This document shows positions 54,490 through 64,000 of a DNA stretch of 64,000 bases, in pieces. The notes beneath the pieces were generated by a model. The model searched no databases, was not told the origin of the DNA, and saw only the letters and a program-made list of their open reading frames with translations. Position numbers and translations under genes: made by a program. The DNA comes from a virus. The stretch is from IMG/VR virus record IMGVR_UViG_3300037346_000220, positions 47,268 to 111,267 of that record, one strand, 5' to 3'. The number at the start of each line of letters is the position of its first letter. Position 1 is the stretch's first letter.

Positions 54490-56267
54490 TGTTTGATGAT
54501 TTCTTAGAAGCCCTTGAGGACACACCCTTTGCAGAGATACCCGTAGATGCAAAGACCTTTGCAGAGGGAGTAGACTACCTGGGGCTACCTCCCCTGTCTC
54601 CTAGCCAGTATGACATCGTAGAAGCTATGAGTCAAATATACAGGAAAGCAGATCTTGTTTCCCTGATGGGATTCGAAGAGGGAAGTCAGTACTACAAAAA
54701 ATATACTAAGAATGAGGTTATCCTACAGCTTGGAAAGGGTAGCGGAAAAGACTTTACCTCTACTGTAGCCTGTGCATACATTGTGTACAAGCTTCTATGC
54801 CTAAAGGACCCAGCAAGATACTTCGGAAAGCCAGCTGGAGACGCTATAGACATTATTAACATTGCTATCAACGCTCAGCAGGCAAAGAACGTTTTCTTTA
54901 AGGGATTTAAATCTAAGATTGAAAGATCTCCTTGGTTCCAAGGAAAGTACTATTCAAAGATGGATAGCATAGAGTTTGATCACTCCATAACAGTTTACTC
55001 TGGTCACTCAGAGCGTGAGTCTCACGAGGGACTAAACCTATTGCTTGCAGTACTGGACGAGATCTCAGGCTTCGCTGCTGAGGTAGGAACTGGCAATGAC
55101 CAAGGTAAGACCGCAGACAATATATATAAAGCCTTCCGTGCCTCAGTTGATTCTAGATTTCCAGACTTGGGAAAAGTAGCTCTGCTGTCCTTTCCCCGTT
55201 ACCCAGGAGACTTTATCTCTCAAAGGTATGATGCAGTCATTGCTGAGAAAGAAGTTATAACCAAGCACCACACGTTTGTCATGAACGAAGAGCTGCCAGC
55301 CGACGCTGCAGGAAACTCTCTAGAAATTTCTTGGGACGAAGACACAATCATAAGTTATAAATTCCCAGGGATGTTTGCACTTAAGAGACCAACCTGGGTG
55401 ATAAACCCTACTCGAAGCATTGATGACTTTAAGGTTTCCTTTTACACAGATCTTGGCGACGCCATGCAGAGGTTTGCTTGTGTTCCTACGTTTGCGTCCG
55501 ACGCATTCTTCAAGCAGCGTGACAAGGTCCAGGACGCCATGACAATCAGAAATCCCTTAGACCAGTTCAGAAGATTTGATGACACCTTTATCCCTGACCC
55601 TACCAAGAAGTATTTTGTTCACGCCGACCTCGCCCAAAGGCATGACAAGTGTGCCGTAGCTATAGCTCACGTAGAGAAGTGGGTAAACATTCAGGTAATT
55701 AAAGACTACGAGCAGGTCGCCCCTGTAGTAGTTGTCGATGCTGTAGCTTACTGGGAGCCTAAGGTGGAGGGTCCAGTGGATCTATCCGAGGTAAAGCAGT
55801 GGATTCAAAACCTTAGGAGGATAGGGTTCGACATAGGAATGGTTAGCTTTGACCGTTGGCAGTCATTTGATATTCAGAACGAGCTAAAGCAGGTAGGCAT
55901 AAGAACCGAGACAGTCTCAGTCGCTAAGAAACATTACGAAGACATGGCAATGTTAATCTATGAGGAAAGACTTGCTATGCCTGCTATTGATCTCTTGTTC
56001 GAAGAGCTTACAGAGCTTAAGATTATGAAGGGGAACAAGGTTGACCACCCTAGAAAATCCTCCAAAGACCTTGCAGACGCAGTTTGCGGAGCAATCTATG
56101 GTGCCATAGCTCACACACCAAAGAACCTTAACCAAGAAGTTGAGATTCATTCCTTTAAGGATAGGCCAAAAGAGCTCACGGCTGGGGAAAAAACTAATAA
56201 TGTGATACACTATAAACCTAGCGAAAAACAAATTGATGAATACCTAAGTCAATTCAATATGTTATAA
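54489..56267 (+). CDS. terL: Terminase large subunit
   Basis: Walker A GKGSGKD, Walker B AVLDE, nuclease HADLA...FDRWQS...SKDLADA. Confidence 0.92.
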   Translation: MFDDFLEALEDTPFAEIPVDAKTFAEGVDYLGLPPLSPSQYDIVEAMSQIYRKADLVSLMGFEEGSQYYKKYTKNEVILQLGKGSGKDFTSTVACAYIVYKLLCLKDPARYFGKPAGDAIDIINIAINAQQAKNVFFKGFKSKIERSPWFQGKYYSKMDSIEFDHSITVYSGHSERESHEGLNLLLAVLDEISGFAAEVGTGNDQGKTADNIYKAFRASVDSRFPDLGKVALLSFPRYPGDFISQRYDAVIAEKEVITKHHTFVMNEELPADAAGNSLEISWDEDTIISYKFPGMFALKRPTWVINPTRSIDDFKVSFYTDLGDAMQRFACVPTFASDAFFKQRDKVQDAMTIRNPLDQFRRFDDTFIPDPTKKYFVHADLAQRHDKCAVAIAHVEKWVNIQVIKDYEQVAPVVVVDAVAYWEPKVEGPVDLSEVKQWIQNLRRIGFDIGMVSFDRWQSFDIQNELKQVGIRTETVSVAKKHYEDMAMLIYEERLAMPAIDLLFEELTELKIMKGNKVDHPRKSSKDLADAVCGAIYGAIAHTPKNLNQEVEIHSFKDRPKELTAGEKTNNVIHYKPSEKQIDEYLSQFNML

Positions 56268-56281
56268 CCAAAGGTTTGTAT

Positions 56282-56675
56282 ATGTCTATTAAAATTGTAT
56301 ATTTTTCAAACTATTCAGGAAACACCAAGAGATTTGCGGAGAAGCTAAATGGAAGCTCTATTCCTATTCCTATTAAGTCTAGCAGTGACGGGGTCCTTCT
56401 TATGGATAGCCCTTATGTGTTGTTTGTACCGACTTATGGTGGCGGTAGTGATTCACACGCAATCCCAAAACAAGTTCGAAGATTCTTAAATAACAGAAAC
56501 AATCGTGAACATCTCCAGGGGGTAGTTGGCTTCGGCAATACCAACTTTGGAGAAGACTTTTGTAAAGCAGCGCACATGATATCTAGCAAAACAGGAGTAC
56601 CGCTCATTGCCAAGGTAGAAATATTCGGTACACAAGATGACTTAGAAAAAGTCAAAGATAGGTTGGAGATGCTCT

Positions 56676-56686
<11 letters not shown>
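56282..56686 (+). CDS. nrdI: Class Ib RNR flavodoxin NrdI
   Basis: [18 protein letters not shown] and [10 protein letters not shown]. Confidence 0.93.
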
Positions 56687-59790
<3,104 letters not shown>

Positions 59791-59807
59791 CTAAATAGAT
59801 TAAGATG

Positions 59808-59837
59808 AGGGGTCTGGCTTCGGCTAGGCCCCTTTTT
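59808..59837 (+). terminator. Intrinsic terminator after nrdF
   Basis: aggggtctggc-ttcg-gctaggcccct followed by tttt (cUUCGg tetraloop). Confidence 0.9.
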
Positions 59838-59888
59838 ATATACTCTAGTATAATAGGAATATAGCCAACCCCACCCCAAGGAGTTATA

Positions 59889-60152
59889 ATGGAATTCAGA
59901 CAAGTAGATAAGGCAAAGCTTTTTAAGAACATTGCCATAAGAATTACAGCAGTATTCATAGCCTCCGCACTAGGAGTCCTGGGTGCTGGAGCTATCGTCG
60001 GCGTAGGTGTTGGTGAGTCAGTAGTCATGGCTGGAATCCTGGGCGTAGCCAGTGTAATAGAAAGACTAGCTAGAGGATTCATAAACGACGGCAAGCTGAC
60101 ATTGGAAGAAATTGATAACGCCTTCTCTCCAAGAGATAGTAGCGGTATGTAA
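59889..60152 (+). CDS. Small membrane protein, possible holin
   Basis: Two Gly/Ala-rich hydrophobic stretches and a charged C-terminus; SD aaggag. Confidence 0.5.
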   Translation: MEFRQVDKAKLFKNIAIRITAVFIASALGVLGAGAIVGVGVGESVVMAGILGVASVIERLARGFINDGKLTLEEIDNAFSPRDSSGM

Positions 60153-60163
60153 GTCTTGAGGAT

Positions 60164-60203
60164 TCTTCCTGGATAGTGTATACTTATTGTCTAGGAAGAT
60201 TTT
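60164..60203 (+). terminator. Terminator-like hairpin with a -10 hexamer in its loop
   Basis: tcttcctggatagt-gTATACTt-attgtctaggaaga followed by tttt. Confidence 0.6.
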
Positions 60204-60227
60204 CCTACGTTTTAGAGAAGAGACTTA

Positions 60228-60962
60228 ATGATAGAAGATAAAGATGTAATCCTTAGCCCCTGGAGCTTTGACAAGAACGTCAAGCCACAGAAGTTTTTCG
60301 AAAGATTCTTAGATAACGATCTATCTTACACAGCCGAAAGACTCAAGATTGAGTACGAAAGAATAGCTAATGCTGAGATGATTGGAGTTACCCCTCAAGA
60401 CCCAGATAACGATATTTTTGTATATACAAAGTCGGTATCCACTCAGAAGTCTAGAGAGTACAATGCTTTTCAGATGTACTACCCCTTCATGCATGACCTG
60501 CTGTCTGCAGTTACAGACATGACAAGAGAAGCGTGTAAGTACTATGAGATTGATTACAACTCAGAGCAGTGGATGGCACAAGCCTGGTTTAATATTAACA
60601 GTAGAGAGAAGGGTGGAAAGTTGGACTGGCACGACCACCTTGACCCAAACATAACAGTACCAGCTTTTCATGGGTACTACTCTGTAAATGCTGAGCCTTC
60701 AGAAACACACTACAATATTAACGGTACAAACGTAATCAACGTAAACCAGAACAACAGGGCCATCCTTTCAATGGTTGGCTTCGAACACGCACAAGCACCC
60801 TGGAAATGGGATGGAGAGAGAATAACCATAGCTTACGATGTGGTTCCATTGAAGATCATGGAGCAGGAAGCCTACCTATCCTCCAAGTATATAAAGCCAG
60901 AAGAGAGGTTCTGGGAGCAGCACTACTTCCCTCTTCCTAAGATTTACGATCAGTCAAGTTGA
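60228..60962 (+). CDS. Putative 2OG-Fe(II) oxygenase (HxH...H type), paralog of 8154..8825
   Basis: KFFERFLDNDL, GKLDWHDH, FHGYYSVNAEPSETHY and RITIAYDV. Confidence 0.75.
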   Translation: MIEDKDVILSPWSFDKNVKPQKFFERFLDNDLSYTAERLKIEYERIANAEMIGVTPQDPDNDIFVYTKSVSTQKSREYNAFQMYYPFMHDLLSAVTDMTREACKYYEIDYNSEQWMAQAWFNINSREKGGKLDWHDHLDPNITVPAFHGYYSVNAEPSETHYNINGTNVINVNQNNRAILSMVGFEHAQAPWKWDGERITIAYDVVPLKIMEQEAYLSSKYIKPEERFWEQHYFPLPKIYDQSS

Positions 60963-60987
60963 CAGATCTGATCTCTTAAGGTATACT
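60959..60987 (+). promoter_or_regulatory. sigmaA-type promoter for a leaderless gene
   Basis: TTGACA-17 nt-TATACT-6 nt-ATG. Confidence 0.75.
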
Positions 60988-60993
60988 CTAGAT

Positions 60994-61170
60994 ATGGATA
61001 AAAATATTAGTTTGGGAGACTGGCTAGAGATTGGACAAGAAAAGGGTTGGATATCACAGCCCTTCTGTTTCACTCATGACGGCGACTCCTACATGACAGA
61101 AGAAGAAGAAGCCGAATGGGAAGAAGGGGGTGACCCATGTTGTCAAGTCGTAAAGTTCTTGCAGTACTAG
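60994..61170 (+). CDS. Small acidic Cys/His protein, 58 aa (absent from the ORF track)
   Basis: MDKNISLGDWLEIGQEKGWISQPFCFTHDGDSYMTEEEEAEWEEGGDPCCQVVKFLQY, starting directly at the predicted TSS. Confidence 0.7.
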   Translation: MDKNISLGDWLEIGQEKGWISQPFCFTHDGDSYMTEEEEAEWEEGGDPCCQVVKFLQY

Positions 61171-62213
61171 GCTCTACCATTGTTTTAGCTGCAACGTTAG
61201 TAGCATGCACACCAGCTGATGCTGCTGCCACTTGCACCTTGGTAAACAAGTATTACCCTAATGGGGTATCGGCAAGCAAGTATTCCAAGAATGTTGGAAC
61301 AGATATCATGCCACCCAAAGTCAGGTCAAGTGTCTACAAGAAATATAAGTATTTAGACTTAGATAGAGATACCATTGTATGCGAAAAAGAAATTACAGAC
61401 AAACAGCTGTTGGCTTTTAATAGTCTGTATGCTTCAGGGCCCACCACGGGAGGAAGCTTAGAGGGTATCAACTTCTTAGTATCCAACAATGTAAGCAAAG
61501 AAGTCCTTAAGCATGAGAAGAGTCTACTAAAGATTGCTACGTCTGTTTGGGCTTCCTATCAGGTGAAGGATGTGAGCGTTGCATACTTTACTCGTAAAGA
61601 CGCAGTATGGTTACAGGATATCCTTTCTCAGTATGGGGGAAGAATGTCTCCAGGTAAGACTGTTCAGCAGTGGCTAGACACTTACCCAAATCAGTGCACG
61701 GTAGCTTTTGCAACCAAGGGTCTAGATGAAAAGCCAATATTCTACCTATGCGTTGATGATAAGGTAAGAGACAATTCATATGATCAAACAGGAATTCATG
61801 AGTACTTTCACCTAGTCCAGGACAGTATTGGCATTAGCGGTGCAAACGCACCCTCTTGGTTGATAGAAGGTTCCGCTGCCTACTTTGGAGCAACCCTTGC
61901 CACAAAAGACTACAAGTTCGCTAAAAAGTTTGCAGGGTACACAGGCAAGGTGTATGTTCAAGATGCTATTTCCGTGATGAGAAAGCTAGAAGATCCAGAT
62001 AGAAGATTCGATGGATACAAGCTAAATCATTACGGTATGGGTTCGTTAGCTACACAACTACTCATAGCTGATTACGGATACGAAAAGTTTATGGAATTCT
62101 TAAAAGCAATCCCCAACGAGGGTTGGAAAGAATCGATGATCTCAAATTTTGGAATTGATTCAGAATCGTTTTACAAAAACTATGCAGATTACCTGAAAGT
62201 ACTGTATAATTAA
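61137..62213 (+). CDS. Secreted or lipoprotein zincin metallopeptidase-like protein with an Excalibur-like Ca-binding domain
   Basis: Signal peptide with LVAC lipobox, C...LDLDRDTIVCE, and HEYFH...WLIEGSA. Confidence 0.7.
   Translation: MLSSRKVLAVLGSTIVLAATLVACTPADAAATCTLVNKYYPNGVSASKYSKNVGTDIMPPKVRSSVYKKYKYLDLDRDTIVCEKEITDKQLLAFNSLYASGPTTGGSLEGINFLVSNNVSKEVLKHEKSLLKIATSVWASYQVKDVSVAYFTRKDAVWLQDILSQYGGRMSPGKTVQQWLDTYPNQCTVAFATKGLDEKPIFYLCVDDKVRDNSYDQTGIHEYFHLVQDSIGISGANAPSWLIEGSAAYFGATLATKDYKFAKKFAGYTGKVYVQDAISVMRKLEDPDRRFDGYKLNHYGMGSLATQLLIADYGYEKFMEFLKAIPNEGWKESMISNFGIDSESFYKNYADYLKVLYN
62205..62210 (+). promoter_or_regulatory. -10 element for the ncRNA-tRNA transcript
   Basis: TATAAT; the predicted +1 (62217) coincides with the first base of stem 1. 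Confidence 0.6.
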
Positions 62214-62216
62214 GTA

Positions 62217-62356
62217 GTCATCATGCTTTTATCACTCAAGGATATTCGCTGCATGAGGACTTAAGAGAATTATCAGACAGTGCGAAAGTGTTGTCTTAAT
62301 GGCTTAATAGCTATTACAGGTGTTGTCCCTACCTGGGTGCTCGTATCAAGGGGCAC
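62217..62356 (+). ncRNA. Candidate structured non-coding RNA (five hairpins) upstream of tRNA-Thr
   Basis: Begins 7 nt after TATAAT. Stems: 62217-26/62251-60, 62275-83/62288-96 (GAAA loop), 62297-304/62309-16, 62317-21/62331-35, 62337-42/62351-56. Confidence 0.65.
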
Positions 62357-62358
62357 AA

Positions 62359-62432
62359 GCCCCCTTAACTCAGTTGGCCAGAGTGCCACTCTTGTAAAGT
62401 GGAAGTCGTCGGTTCGAATCCGACAGAGGGCT
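62359..62432 (+). tRNA. tRNA-Thr(UGU), CCA not encoded
   Basis: Acceptor GCCCCCT/AGAGGGC (one mismatch), D arm ACTC/GAGT, anticodon arm CCACT-CTTGTAA-AGTGG, T arm GTCGG-TTCGAAT-CCGAC. Confidence 0.95.
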
Positions 62433-62452
62433 CAAAGATAGAAAGGTTTTTC

Positions 62453-63133
62453 GTGGAAGAAAAGAAAATTCTTCAAGAGACAGTAGACTATGACAAAGAT
62501 GCCTGGGTGACAAGTCCAGATCCAGACTTTAAGACTCTGTATGCCGATGTCCGAGCCCCAGAAAACTGGGTATCTTTTGAAACAGTTGCCACAGGCAGGT
62601 ATGCTAAAGAAGTAATCAAGCCACTTAGTAACTACAACTCCGTCCTAGTCCCACCACCAGAGCTAAAGAGTATTGTAGGAAACATCGTAACCCTTAGGTA
62701 CAGAACATTTGCAGACATCTACGTAATCGATAAGGGTGAGTCAGGTAACTTCTACAATGTAGATAGACCGTGGGTAAGACAATACTATATGACAGCAAAG
62801 GATTACCCAGTACCTGAGGATGCATGGAGCAAGACCTACAAGTTCTACACCCCTTGGTTCCTTGACTACAAGGTAGAGGTTACTTACAAGCCAATCTTTG
62901 ATGAGGAGACGCCTTTCTATGTTCAAGAAACTAGAGACATGTGGCATCCAGTACATAAAGAAGTCGTTATAGCCAATCCCCACTTTGTCCCATTTAACTT
63001 TAAGAAGGTAGGATCTCACATGAAGGACGCTGATTATGGAGTCATAGAGATTGGTTCCCCAATGTTTGACATGGAGTTCGTAGCAGATGATATAATATTA
63101 GAGAAGGTCAGGAGCTTCTATGCCAATAATTAA
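62453..63133 (+). CDS. Uncharacterised protein, possible distant member of the dUTPase-like-fold family
   Basis: GTG start after SD gaaagg (the ORF-track start overlaps the tRNA). YKFYTPW and GVIEIGSPMFDM resemble GVIKQGTPLVQI. Confidence 0.55.
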   Translation: MEEKKILQETVDYDKDAWVTSPDPDFKTLYADVRAPENWVSFETVATGRYAKEVIKPLSNYNSVLVPPPELKSIVGNIVTLRYRTFADIYVIDKGESGNFYNVDRPWVRQYYMTAKDYPVPEDAWSKTYKFYTPWFLDYKVEVTYKPIFDEETPFYVQETRDMWHPVHKEVVIANPHFVPFNFKKVGSHMKDADYGVIEIGSPMFDMEFVADDIILEKVRSFYANN

Positions 63134-63842
63134 ATTTTACCCATTCAATGATGCAACAGCAGAGTTTGCGCCACCCCCTAAACCAGGTATAAGGTTTGTT
63201 CCAGATTGGTACAAGTCCCAACCAGGAAGCAAGGATGATGAAAAGTCAATACCTATGGGGTTTGCAACCTCAACCGTAAAGCGCTGCATGCCAATCTTCG
63301 ATGCTATGACAGCAGGATATATATTAGGAGCGCCCTGTGACATATACTTAGACGCAACTGACCCAGAGAAGCTTTCATGGTCTGTACCTCTCAACGTAAA
63401 GAAGTATGAGCATGAGTTATTCTCTTTCCACTCTCCAGAACAGTATGAGAGCTATCCTATTGATCCTTCAGGGTACCACAAGCAACTGCTAAGGGTTATG
63501 CCTACCTGGGCAGTTGGAACTGAAAAGGGGTATAGCGCTTTCTTTATGAACCCTCACCACGCAGACGAATCTCCTCTATGGGCCTTCTCTGCCCTGGTTG
63601 ACACTGATGAGTTTGTTAGTGATGGACACCTATCTTTTCTGGTAAAGAAAGACTTCAAGGGTGTCATAAAGCAGGGAACTCCTTTAGTGCAGATACTACC
63701 AATAAAAAGAGAAGACTGGAAGATGGAAACAGCCTCAGCACCTGAAGCCAGGAAGCTGTTCTCAACTCAAAGAAATATCCTCAGGAGCACGTTCATGAAC
63801 GGATATAAGAATAAGTTTAGGTCTAAGAAAGAATACAAGTAG
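63120..63842 (+). CDS. Uncharacterised dUTPase-like-fold protein, paralog of 12011..12700
   Basis: PDWYK, KRCMPIFDAMTAGY, SALVDTD and IKQGTPLVQILPIKREDW. Confidence 0.65.
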   Translation: MPIIKFYPFNDATAEFAPPPKPGIRFVPDWYKSQPGSKDDEKSIPMGFATSTVKRCMPIFDAMTAGYILGAPCDIYLDATDPEKLSWSVPLNVKKYEHELFSFHSPEQYESYPIDPSGYHKQLLRVMPTWAVGTEKGYSAFFMNPHHADESPLWAFSALVDTDEFVSDGHLSFLVKKDFKGVIKQGTPLVQILPIKREDWKMETASAPEARKLFSTQRNILRSTFMNGYKNKFRSKKEYK

Positions 63843-63843
63843 T

Positions 63844-64000
63844 ATGTCGGAAGACTTTAAAAAGATATCTTTTACACCTAGCAGGAAAAATGATGATGGG
63901 CTGTTGCTACCTCCCGAACCTGCCTCATGGCATATCCCAGAGTGGTACAAGAGTTTGGCTAAGTTTGAAAGATCAAACAGTGAAAAACAACTCTTCCCCG
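63844..64000 (+). CDS. 5' part of a further paralog (truncated by the window edge)
   Basis: MSEDFKKISFTPS...PPEPASWHIPEWYKS matches the family N-terminus (I.F.P...P.P....P.WYK). Confidence 0.7.
   Translation, partial: MSEDFKKISFTPSRKNDDGLLLPPEPASWHIPEWYKSLAKFERSNSEKQLFP

Noticed and set aside
62248-62290. Hammerhead ribozyme (ctgcatga...gaaa)
   Set aside because: The core does not match CUGANGA, and the GAAA closes a hairpin as a tetraloop rather than forming the junction.
62399-62452. ORF-track start of the 62399..63133 gene
   Set aside because: It overlaps the tRNA anticodon and T arms. GTG 62453 with an SD is more plausible.

Overview
This 64 kb window is an internal segment of a large tailed dsDNA phage with a long non-contractile tail (a tail tube and a 2279-aa tape measure, but no sheath). 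The host is most likely an actinobacterium, inferred from the class Ib nrdIEF genes and many leaderless-type starts. Nearly all genes are on the + strand. In order, the window holds: a modular fibre/appendage region (1-16.9 kb); head genes (portal, protease/scaffold, capsid); neck and tail genes to ~40.9 kb; a replication/recombination block (DnaB, primase, SSB, DnaE, RecA-like, Cas4-like, RuvC-like); terminase; nrdIEF; and an accessory block with 2OG-Fe(II) oxygenases, dUTPase-like-fold proteins, a secreted zincin, a structured ncRNA candidate and tRNA-Thr. The main candidate system is a cassette repeated three times. In each copy a fibre ending in a conserved 'W...GDL' domain is followed by a tip protein with an unusual cargo (an 18-Cys region, a Phe-x-Pro repeat tail, or a 16-Cys insert) and then by likely maturation factors (oxygenase, CxxC proteins, chaperone-like paralogs). 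This suggests phage-encoded post-translational tailoring of virion appendages. Other notable observations are a five-hairpin RNA upstream of tRNA-Thr, tail chaperones G and GT encoded by duplicated genes instead of a frameshift, N-/C-terminal motif pairing that follows gene order, and two promoter classes. All family calls come from motif recognition, and no database searches were run.
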